A model generated the notes under the pieces. The model was not told the DNA's origin, ran no database searches, and saw only the letters and a list, made by a program, of their open reading frames with translations. 64,000 nucleotides of DNA from an uncultured delta proteobacterium (GTDB lineage: Bacteria > Desulfobacterota > Desulfobacteria > Desulfobacterales > QNYZ01): contig CAWJQU010000013.1 of assembly GCA_963845145.1 (NCBI GenBank), positions 32,001 to 96,000 of the forward strand. Reading direction: 5' to 3'. Below are positions 9,243 to 17,540 of the stretch, piece by piece. Within the stretch, counting starts at the first letter, position 1. Each line of letters starts with the position of its first letter. The position numbers and the translations under genes are program-made.

Positions 9243-10946
9243 TCAGGAAGGGTTATATGACCAGTCACCCCAGACATTTTCAATGATTTGCATGATGAGG
9301 GGCGTTACAATTTCATCGGCCACTTTTCCGTATAACAGATCCAGATGATTCGCCCCCTCTATGACAAAATCGATCAGCTGACTGGGCTCTGCGGTTATGT
9401 TTATTTTGCGTAAATCGCCAGGCGACTTGAGGTGGTAGGTTTTTTTAATCTTGTGGGGATAGTGTTTGCTATAACGCATATTTTTCAGAGGCACCAGGCT
9501 ATCCCGGGTGCCCCAAAAATGAAATATCGGTATATTATCCGGAAACCAGGCCAGGCATTCGGAATAGTTCAACCCACTGCCGTCCATCCGTTTGAAGCCT
9601 TGGCCGTTATAGATTGCTTTTAAACATTGAAACCCTATCCCCAACGGGATCGATTCCGTGGCCACTTTGAAATAGCGCTCAATAAAATGTTTGTCCTCTT
9701 TATGATTTTCCGGTGAGACAAGGAAATTTAAGTCCCCGACATTATGCTGCCAGACAAAGCGGGTAATCTGTTTTAAAACCGGAAATTCGGTCAATATTTT
9801 GGAAACCTCCTTTACCGGGACCTGTCTGAAACGAAATATCCTGGAAAGATGATTGAGCCACAAGGAGGCCGGAAGGAAGATATGGGAATTTTTGTTGAAA
9901 AATTTAGGGGCCGCCAGTGAGATGATGCCCCGCACCGTTTTAAGGTAATTTTCAGCGGCATCCGGTGTCGGCAGCGCTTGCGATAGTACATCTTTTTGGT
10001 CCTGTTTGAGGATATCGATATCATCCAGCCGGCGCGCCAGGGACCAGTTGATAACCATGCTTTCAGCCACAAGTCCGCCCATGCTATGGCCCACAAGGAT
10101 TGACGGTTTACCGGAACTGCGTTTAGAAATAAAGCGCGTCAGGGCGGCCAAATCATAGTCGATGACGGTGTCAACGGTGTACAACGGATCAAAACGACCG
10201 GCATTAACACCCACCCCACGCGGATCAAAAAGGTAAACCCAGACATTCTTGTCGGCGATGTCCTTGGCCAGAGAATATCGGTTGTTGATGTTAAAACAAT
10301 TGCTGTTGTTAGCAAAACCCGGGACCAAGACCACGGCGGGCCGGTCATCGCCAGCAGTGACACCTTCCATACTAACCATTCGACGAAAGCCGATTTCGTT
10401 ACCCTCATCGGTAAATTTTCGATAGTGAACGGTTTCGTAATCACCCCGTCCGTTTTGATCTTTTTCTTCGATCTCACTATCAAAATAGATGGGCACCGGA
10501 TCAACCCGTAGTGCCTCTCTAATGATTCGGCGTCGCCGAGCTATTTCTAAAATGCCAGCCAGGTTTTTCTTGGGAACTTTAAATCGTTTTAAAGAAAGGT
10601 AAGTCAACTCATCTTCGGTGAGCAAGATGACATTTTCGGTCAACCGCAGACGTTTTTTCTTGAGCTCGTCGTGGATGACCGCTTTGATGTCGTCCCTGGT
10701 AATCTGCAAACGGGTTGCATTGAGAAACATATGATAAAGCACCAAGGCCAGTTTTTGCACGGCTTGTGTCTTGATTTCCTTTCGGCTGACGATCAGCTCT
10801 TTAGACACCGGGAGGCCCAAGCTGAGCTGCCCGCGATATAGCATGCTGTAAGCGTTATAGCTTCCGCTAATTAACCGGCCGGGTCCATCATTAACCAGAT
10901 AACGCGTCATCTTGCTGCTAAAAGTCTGCAAGTTTCTTATGAACAT
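9243..10946 (-). CDS. Alpha/beta-fold serine hydrolase (lipase/esterase) with long N-terminal extension
   Basis: 'VVLVPGF', 'FDPRG', nucleophile elbow 'GHSMGG', 'GTRDSL', 'NHLDLLYG'; start overlaps the upstream gene by 10 nt. Confidence 0.8.
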   Translation of the reverse strand: MFIRNLQTFSSKMTRYLVNDGPGRLISGSYNAYSMLYRGQLSLGLPVSKELIVSRKEIKTQAVQKLALVLYHMFLNATRLQITRDDIKAVIHDELKKKRLRLTENVILLTEDELTYLSLKRFKVPKKNLAGILEIARRRRIIREALRVDPVPIYFDSEIEEKDQNGRGDYETVHYRKFTDEGNEIGFRRMVSMEGVTAGDDRPAVVLVPGFANNSNCFNINNRYSLAKDIADKNVWVYLFDPRGVGVNAGRFDPLYTVDTVIDYDLAALTRFISKRSSGKPSILVGHSMGGLVAESMVINWSLARRLDDIDILKQDQKDVLSQALPTPDAAENYLKTVRGIISLAAPKFFNKNSHIFLPASLWLNHLSRIFRFRQVPVKEVSKILTEFPVLKQITRFVWQHNVGDLNFLVSPENHKEDKHFIERYFKVATESIPLGIGFQCLKAIYNGQGFKRMDGSGLNYSECLAWFPDNIPIFHFWGTRDSLVPLKNMRYSKHYPHKIKKTYHLKSPGDLRKINITAEPSQLIDFVIEGANHLDLLYGKVADEIVTPLIMQIIENVWGDWSYNPS

Positions 10947-12985
10947 ACTTTGTTTTGCTCCTTAATCGCGGACGCTCTTACTCTGGCAATGTCCTCATCT
11001 GAAAAAATACCATCCACACCCGAAATGGCCGCCAGTTTCATGCCGTGTTGCAGTCCCAAGCGGTAAATCTCTTTCACTTTATCCCATTGGGGTGAAGAAC
11101 CGACGGTAAATACCTCAAAACGTCCTTCAAAGGTGAGAATAATCGTTTCGGCTAATCCCGCATAGACAATCCCCGTCGGCAAGCCGATGTCGCCCATCTC
11201 CACACTATCTCCGGGCAACCGTATTTCACCACCCTTGATGACAAGTACATCAGGCCGCTTGGCCGTATCATCCTTGGTGAAAATCATGGGCAGGTTGATA
11301 TCGGTAATGACACAGCCCGGTTTGACCTGCATGATATCAAGAACTTGCCTGGCCCCCGAACTGGTGGCCACAATCAGATCCATTTCACTCAAATGAGTAT
11401 CAGCCCTGGTTGAAACATGAAGCTTTACGCGAGGTGTCTCGCTTTGAATGGACTCTTGCAAAGCCAGGAGTTTGGCGATATTGCGTCCCACCAGATGGAC
11501 CTCCTGAAAGGCCATGGCCAGCAAATGGGAACAGATCACGCCGACCGCACCCGTAGCGCCGATCACCATGGCTTTGGCGTTCAACGTTTTGCCACGGCTG
11601 GCTTTTTTATTCAGACCCAATCGCCGAACCGCTTCAGCAGCTGCCCAAAGCGCTGCTGAGGCAAAATAGCTGTTACCGGTGGTGATAGGCAACACAGCAT
11701 GTTTGGCCACTTCCAGACTGGTATCTTTCATTGCTTTTGGTAACATGCCGATACCCATGATCTGGGCACCCAGGCTTTTGGCCAATTTGGCCGCCTCAAG
11801 GATCCGCTTGGTCGAATATTCGGGGCCGTGGGCCAGCATCTGGGCCGGGGTCTCACCCAGGGCAATGAGCCAGCCTTCGGCCTCCACGCCGATATCGGAT
11901 TTGATACCACTTACCTTCGAATAGACAAAAGGCGGCACATAGGCCATGGCCTTTTCCACCGTTCCCATCAACCCCGGGGCCACATCTGATAGAACTTCGA
12001 TGGGTTTGATCTTTTTTAAAAACGCCTGGGTTGGCGGGTGGACGATATAGGCAAACCGGTTGACACGCTTTAGTTTGCCGCCAGGGTAAATGACACGGGG
12101 CTCCATCTTCATGGTGCTGATGATTTCCAGCAATTCACCATCACGATCTTCCCCCTGGGGGATATCCATTGCCACCATAAGTATGGCTTCCAGGGCGCTG
12201 ACCCCAACGACATTTTTCAACAATTTGGGCGTTGTATCGATGATCACATCCACGCCCTTATCTTTTAAATAGTCGATCCGATCGTCAAAGGCCGTTGAAG
12301 TGATCACGGTTTTACCGTTGAGATCTTCCAGGCCGTAGGGGTCCAAGTATTTGTAGAAATTACCATGCGGAACGACCAGGATTTGTGACTTTTTAATGGC
12401 TTGCCGCATCAGGTAATTGGTCAGGGAACGCACCGGTTCACTATCGGCCACAAACTCTTTTCCGGGAATCCAGTCCAATGCACCTCGAAGGCGGTCGGTA
12501 TAGAGCGCCAAATCTTTCAGATTTTTTATAAACTTGGGAATACCATTCTCTATCAATGGGTCAGCAAATATAAGGTTCTGCGTATATTCCGACATCACCC
12601 TGGCGATGGACTGGCTGGTCACTCCTGAAAAAAAGAAGATGCGTGCGTTATTGAAGTAGTTGTTGCCGAATTTGAACTGGATATGCCTCAGCGACCACTC
12701 GTGGCCCACCTTGCGTAAGGTGTCACCGGATGTCACGGGGGTCTCCAGCTGTGACCCCAGTTTTAGGAGCTTCTGCACATCCTTGTTGGGTACAATTCGG
12801 TGGCCGATACTCCCCAATGCGATGGCATCTGCTTTTTTATTCCACTTCAGCAGCAGATCTGAAGCCTGGCTGACGCTCCCATCCGTTCCAATACGCTGAA
12901 CGTGAAATTTTTTGCCGTGAAAATCAGTTTCGAACTCATTATCATCGAGGCTTGGCCCCAGACTGATCTGAATAATGTGCTTCAC
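10937..12985 (-). CDS. Two-domain acyl-ACP/CoA-reductase-like protein (COG5322-like), paralog B, catalytic Cys replaced by Gly
   Basis: C-terminal domain 'FAYIVHP...ITTGNSY...VIGATGAVG...VYAGLAETIIL' resembles aldehyde-forming acyl-ACP reductase; paralogous to the adjacent gene over its whole length. Confidence 0.65.
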   Translation of the reverse strand: MKHIIQISLGPSLDDNEFETDFHGKKFHVQRIGTDGSVSQASDLLLKWNKKADAIALGSIGHRIVPNKDVQKLLKLGSQLETPVTSGDTLRKVGHEWSLRHIQFKFGNNYFNNARIFFFSGVTSQSIARVMSEYTQNLIFADPLIENGIPKFIKNLKDLALYTDRLRGALDWIPGKEFVADSEPVRSLTNYLMRQAIKKSQILVVPHGNFYKYLDPYGLEDLNGKTVITSTAFDDRIDYLKDKGVDVIIDTTPKLLKNVVGVSALEAILMVAMDIPQGEDRDGELLEIISTMKMEPRVIYPGGKLKRVNRFAYIVHPPTQAFLKKIKPIEVLSDVAPGLMGTVEKAMAYVPPFVYSKVSGIKSDIGVEAEGWLIALGETPAQMLAHGPEYSTKRILEAAKLAKSLGAQIMGIGMLPKAMKDTSLEVAKHAVLPITTGNSYFASAALWAAAEAVRRLGLNKKASRGKTLNAKAMVIGATGAVGVICSHLLAMAFQEVHLVGRNIAKLLALQESIQSETPRVKLHVSTRADTHLSEMDLIVATSSGARQVLDIMQVKPGCVITDINLPMIFTKDDTAKRPDVLVIKGGEIRLPGDSVEMGDIGLPTGIVYAGLAETIILTFEGRFEVFTVGSSPQWDKVKEIYRLGLQHGMKLAAISGVDGIFSDEDIARVRASAIKEQNKVCS

Positions 12986-13016
12986 AGGTGCCTCCGTTTA
13001 CATTCATCAGGGAAAA

Positions 13017-15086
13017 CTAATTGGATCGCTTCTGCTGTTTCCTGGCTTCCAGCGCCAGCCGTTTTACCTCGGCAATGTCTTCATCCGAAAACACGCCGTT
13101 GACACCGGATATGGCAGCCAGTTTCATGCCGTGTTTGAGGCCAAGTTTATAAATTTCCCTCACTTTTTCCCACTCAATATCCCGGCCGATGGTAAATATT
13201 TCAAAGCGACCTTCCAGGGCCAGTACAATGGTTTCCGCCAGGCAGGCATAGGCAACCTTATCGGGCAGGCCGATGCTTTTCATTTCCGGATTTCCGGGCA
13301 GTTCAATTTCTCCCGATTCAATGACCAATACATCCGGCCGTTTGGCCACGTCTTCCGGGGAGAGATCCAGGGGGCGGGCCACATCGGTGATAACGCATCC
13401 CGGCTTCACCCTGGTAATATCGAGGATTTTCTTGCCGGCACCGGAAGTGGCCGTGACAATCACATCCATTTCAGCCAGCAACTTGTCCGGCCGGGTGGTC
13501 ACTCTGAGTTTAACGTCAGGATCTTCTTTGAGGATCGATTCCTGTAGTGCCAGCAACTTAGCGGTATTGCGTCCCACCAGAGTAACCTCGTCAAACGCCT
13601 TGGCCAACAATCGGCAGCATACGGACCCGATGGCACCGGTGGCGCCCAGGACCATTGTTTTGGCCTTGATGCGCTTACCCTTTTCGACCTTAATCAGCCC
13701 CATGCGGCGAACAGCATCTGCCCCTGCCCAAAGAGCTCCGGAAGCACTGTAGCTGTTGCCGGTGGTGATGGGAATATCCGCTTTTTTAGCCACGGTGACG
13801 CCGGCATCGCCCACCACCTTGGTAAACGCACCCAACCCCATAATCTGGGCGCCCATTCGTTTGGCCATACGAGCGGCTTGAAGCAATCGGGAGTAAGTAA
13901 ATTCGGGACTGTGCGCCAGCATTTGCTTGGGTGTGCCCCCCACCGTAAGCAACCACCCTTCTGTTTCCACTCCGGTGGGTGACTTGATACCGGTGACCCG
14001 CGAGTATACCCAGGGCGGTGCGTAGGCGATCACTTTTTCAACCGCATCCAGAAAAGCGGGAGGGGTAAAATTGGCGATCATGTCGACGGCTTTGTCTTTT
14101 TTAAGAAATTCCTTGGAAAGGGGATGGATAACAAATGCAAACCGGTTGACCCGCTTGGGACTGCCCGAGGGATACACTACCCGCGGATCCATTTTTTGGC
14201 TGCTGATAATTTCCAATAGATCATCCGCATGAAGCTGATCGTTTTTGCGCCCCAAAGCTGCCAAAATCAATGCTTCAAGCACATTGGGCGCCACCACCCG
14301 TTCCAGAATTTTAGGCGTTGTGTCAATAATGACATCTACGCCACGCTCTTTGAGAAATGCCACCCGCTCATCGTAGGCTGTGGAGGTAATGATGGTTTTA
14401 CCGCCCAACTCCTCCAAAGTGAAATTTTTAAGATAGTCATCAAAACCGAAAAAAGGTACGACAATCATGTTGGCTTTCTGCATGGCTTTACGGAGAATGT
14501 ACTGGTTCCACACTTTAGCCGGCACTACGGAATCGGAGAGCGTTTTGCTGGGAACCCACTGCAGAACCTCGTGGGCGGAGTGGGCGTAACCTTCAAGACC
14601 TTTTAATGAGTTGATAAATTTGGGGATACCATTTTCCAGGATGGGATCGGCAAAGGTAAGATTGTCAGTAAATTCGGATATGACTTTGGCAATGCGGTAG
14701 CTGTTCATTCCGGAAAGAAATAAACATTTGACATTATTAAAATAGTTTCCGAACTTATATTCGATGAAACGCAAGGCCCACTCGAAGGAAACATCCCGCA
14801 AAGCACTGCCGGTGGTGACCGGGGTTTGAACCTGGGCGCCCAATTGGCTTAATTGATGCGCTTGCTTTCTTCCTAGATATCGCGGCCCGATGCCGCTTGG
14901 AAATTTTATATGGCCTAGGCCGATGGCTTCCGCTTCCTTATCCCATCGCAACAGCAGTTTAGCCGCTTTTTCGAGATCACCATCCGTACCCAACCTTCTG
15001 ATCGTGAAATCTTGGCCGAGGAATTCGGTTTTAAATTCATAGTCGCCGTCGCTTGACCCCAGACTGATGCTGACCACCTGTTTCAC
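13017..15086 (-). CDS. Two-domain acyl-ACP/CoA-reductase-like protein (COG5322-like), paralog A
   Basis: GGAGG RBS then GTG 15086 (VKQVVSISLGSS, matching paralog B's MKHIIQISLGPS); 'FAFVIHP', 'ITTGNSY', Rossmann 'GATGAIG', 'AYACLAETIVLALEG'. Confidence 0.7.
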   Translation of the reverse strand: MKQVVSISLGSSDGDYEFKTEFLGQDFTIRRLGTDGDLEKAAKLLLRWDKEAEAIGLGHIKFPSGIGPRYLGRKQAHQLSQLGAQVQTPVTTGSALRDVSFEWALRFIEYKFGNYFNNVKCLFLSGMNSYRIAKVISEFTDNLTFADPILENGIPKFINSLKGLEGYAHSAHEVLQWVPSKTLSDSVVPAKVWNQYILRKAMQKANMIVVPFFGFDDYLKNFTLEELGGKTIITSTAYDERVAFLKERGVDVIIDTTPKILERVVAPNVLEALILAALGRKNDQLHADDLLEIISSQKMDPRVVYPSGSPKRVNRFAFVIHPLSKEFLKKDKAVDMIANFTPPAFLDAVEKVIAYAPPWVYSRVTGIKSPTGVETEGWLLTVGGTPKQMLAHSPEFTYSRLLQAARMAKRMGAQIMGLGAFTKVVGDAGVTVAKKADIPITTGNSYSASGALWAGADAVRRMGLIKVEKGKRIKAKTMVLGATGAIGSVCCRLLAKAFDEVTLVGRNTAKLLALQESILKEDPDVKLRVTTRPDKLLAEMDVIVTATSGAGKKILDITRVKPGCVITDVARPLDLSPEDVAKRPDVLVIESGEIELPGNPEMKSIGLPDKVAYACLAETIVLALEGRFEIFTIGRDIEWEKVREIYKLGLKHGMKLAAISGVNGVFSDEDIAEVKRLALEARKQQKRSN

Positions 15087-15163
15087 GGCTTCCTCCTGAC
15101 ACTGATAATGGATTAAATGACTATTTACTCTGTTACGCGAATCCCGAAAACAAACGGGGCGCC

Positions 15164-15224
15164 TTGACTTCAATAATGAATCAATTATAGTGTAGCGTAT
15201 GATGCAATGCGTTAAAATTGTCAA
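15164..15224. promoter_or_regulatory. Overlapping divergent sigma70-type promoters with AYGCA-N-TGCGT operator
   Basis: Plus strand TTGACT(15164)-16 nt-TATAGT(15186); minus-strand TTGACA at 15224-15219; ATGCAATGCGT at 15202-15212. Confidence 0.6.
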
Positions 15225-15291
15225 GCCATTTCTTGTTTTTGGTTGATTTTGGATAGTGATCGGCAAACACCCCTAATGGAAGGATCATTGC

Positions 15292-15927
15292 ATGCACAAA
15301 ATAAAAAAATACGCTAACCGTAAAATGTACGATTCCCATGATAAACGGCATATCTCCCGGGAACAGTTGGCGGCGCTCATTAAAAAGGGTGAAGAAGTCT
15401 TAATCGTAGACAACCGCACGGGTGAAGATCTCACTGTGTCCATCGTTTCCCAGCTGATCGGCCTGGATGAACAAAATACGGACAAGTCCATATCCCCGCG
15501 ATTACTGATGGAGCTGCTACGCAAAGGGAGTGGCACCTTCACCGATTATGCCAAAAAATATATATCGCTCTGGCAGGGTGCGTTTAATATGGCGGAAGAT
15601 GAAATCGACAGGCTAGTGGGCCGGTTGGTGAAGAATAAGGAGCTATCCAACGACGAAGGCAGCCGATTGAAAAATGAGATTATCGGTTATTCCGAGGGAA
15701 TTAAAAGATGGATCAGCGACAGTGTCGACAAACGGGTGGGCGAGGTCTTGGCCGCTTTGAATCTGCCCACCAATGATCAGATGAAAACACTCTCCTCTAA
15801 GGTCGACGTCCTTTCCAAAAAAGTTGAGCAACTGGAAAAAGACAGAAAAACGACGAATAGGAAACTACTGAAAACGGATACCGCTAAAAAGCCAACGCCT
15901 AAACGGCAACCCAAACCTGTCAAGTAG
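15292..15927 (+). CDS. PhaR-like regulator: PHA-accumulation-regulator DNA-binding domain plus phasin-like C-terminus
   Basis: 'IKKYANRKMYD...ISREQLAALIKKGEEVLIVDNRTGEDLT' is the PhaR N-terminal signature; C-terminal 'LNLPTNDQMKTLSSKVDVL' and Lys/Pro-rich tail. Confidence 0.85.
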   Translation: MHKIKKYANRKMYDSHDKRHISREQLAALIKKGEEVLIVDNRTGEDLTVSIVSQLIGLDEQNTDKSISPRLLMELLRKGSGTFTDYAKKYISLWQGAFNMAEDEIDRLVGRLVKNKELSNDEGSRLKNEIIGYSEGIKRWISDSVDKRVGEVLAALNLPTNDQMKTLSSKVDVLSKKVEQLEKDRKTTNRKLLKTDTAKKPTPKRQPKPVK

Positions 15928-15992
15928 AATGACGATTTTTGTGACCTGTTTATAAAATCGACCCAATCATCCTCACGGCAAAGAAAAACACA

Positions 15993-16631
15993 ATGGATCC
16001 GGAAATTTTTTCACAGCTAAAAAGGGCCTTGCAAAGCTTCCAGGCGACACGCTTGAACAACACCTATGCAGATTTAAAAAAAGATCCGGAGTATGCCAAA
16101 ATGGGCCGGTTTTTTTTTGAAAAGTTGTATGCCCCTGAAGATTTTTCATTTCGGGATGCCAGCATCAAGAAGCTGCACAAACTTCTAAAGGGAAAGATTT
16201 ACTCTGGTATTATCTCGGCCGTGAGCAAAGTCATCGAGCTGCACGAACTGTCGGATAGGCTTGATGATCGCATGGTTGAACAGATGGTCGCCCTGGATGT
16301 GGGGGCGGATATGGATATGGCGCAATATCAAATGGTCTACCGCAGCCTGGATAACAACGATGAAAGACGATACCAGATTGCCCTCGGGCGGGAGGTAACC
16401 CAACTGTTTCACCGGTTGAGCAAGAATTGGGCTGTGGCGGTTTCTCTTAAAACGGTTCGCACGGTAGCGCATCTGATTGGCATGGGTAAAATTATCGATT
16501 TTGTTCACGAGGGTTATATTGGCTTTAGGTCCATAAAGAACATCGACTATTTTGTGGAAACCATCGACGAGCGGGAAAACGCATGGCACAACGAGATTTG
16601 GTTAAAAAACCGGCAAGACGGTAAAAAGTAA
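15993..16631 (+). CDS. Conserved protein of unknown function (FFLEELY-motif-like)
   Basis: 'FQATRLNNTYADL...RFFFEKLYAPEDFSFRD' resembles the FFLEELY-motif family; co-oriented between the regulator and patatin genes. Confidence 0.6.
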   Translation: MDPEIFSQLKRALQSFQATRLNNTYADLKKDPEYAKMGRFFFEKLYAPEDFSFRDASIKKLHKLLKGKIYSGIISAVSKVIELHELSDRLDDRMVEQMVALDVGADMDMAQYQMVYRSLDNNDERRYQIALGREVTQLFHRLSKNWAVAVSLKTVRTVAHLIGMGKIIDFVHEGYIGFRSIKNIDYFVETIDERENAWHNEIWLKNRQDGKK

Positions 16632-16635
16632 CCTT

Positions 16636-17523
16636 ATGAAAAGAGCACTGATTCTTTCCGGAGGTGGCGCCCGTGGCGCATTTCAAGTTGGCGTCTGGAA
16701 ATATTTGCATGAAAAAAAGTGGATCCCCGACCTGATCAGCGGCACCTCCATCGGTGCCGTCAATGCAGCCGCTATTGTCTCCGGAATGCCCGTTGAGCGA
16801 TTGATCCATTTATGGACGACCCATCGGCGGGCCGAGATATATCGCTTCCAACTACTGAAATTTTTTGCCGCTATCCTCTTTAAACGACGCTTGCGCCCAA
16901 TGCTGGATACAGATCAGATGCGAGAGATGATATCGAGAAATATCGATTTAGCGGCACTGCGCCAAAGCCCCACCGAGGTTGTCATCACCGCCGTCAATAT
17001 TCTTACCGGACGGTTGCACCTCTATAATAATCAAGAAATCACTATCGATCACCTGGTGGCTTCCGGCGCCATGCCCATTTTATTCCCCTGGCAATATATC
17101 GATGGGGAACCATTTTGGGACGGTGGCGTCATGGCCAATTCGCCTCTTTTTACCGCTTTGGATAGAGGGGTGGACGAGGTCATCGTTGTGTTACTTTCGC
17201 CCGTGGGGCATGTTTCGATGCCTTTTCCCGGGACATTGAGCAACAGTCTGGAGCTTGTTTTCGAACACTTATTGAGTGGTTCCTATCAAACGACCCTGTC
17301 GGTCATCAATCAAATCCGTGGAGGGGATCGTTCAATTAGTTCATTTTTAGGGGTCGGTAGAGATCACGGCGTGCCTACAGATAAACAATCGCGAATAATA
17401 GCGGTGGCCCCGTCCCGAATGTTGGGATTTCGCTCATTGCTTAACTTTTCAACGCGACAGGCACGCCAATTGGTGGAAGAGGGTTATCGCAATGCTCGGG
17501 ACCAGCTGAGATCCTATTTTTAA
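16636..17523 (+). CDS. Patatin-like phospholipase/lipase
   Basis: GGGARG oxyanion motif, GTSIG nucleophile and DGG all intact. Confidence 0.92.
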   Translation: MKRALILSGGGARGAFQVGVWKYLHEKKWIPDLISGTSIGAVNAAAIVSGMPVERLIHLWTTHRRAEIYRFQLLKFFAAILFKRRLRPMLDTDQMREMISRNIDLAALRQSPTEVVITAVNILTGRLHLYNNQEITIDHLVASGAMPILFPWQYIDGEPFWDGGVMANSPLFTALDRGVDEVIVVLLSPVGHVSMPFPGTLSNSLELVFEHLLSGSYQTTLSVINQIRGGDRSISSFLGVGRDHGVPTDKQSRIIAVAPSRMLGFRSLLNFSTRQARQLVEEGYRNARDQLRSYF

Positions 17524-17540
17524 TGCCCAAAGCTCACGCA

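Noticed and set aside
12975..13752. Antisense ORFs of 190 and 159 aa, and many similar shadows such as 21847-22386, 28988-29527, 49083-49640, 49833-50381
   Set aside because: They lie opposite well-supported genes and have no recognisable motifs.
10937..15086. Shikimate/quinate dehydrogenase call for the tandem paralogs
   Set aside because: Only a Rossmann motif is shared; AroE substrate motifs (SxSP, NVTxPxK, NTD) are absent.
15087..15266. 60-aa N-terminal extension of ORF 13017-15266
   Set aside because: GGAGG plus GTG at 15086 matches the paralog's start; the extension covers the promoter and operator region.
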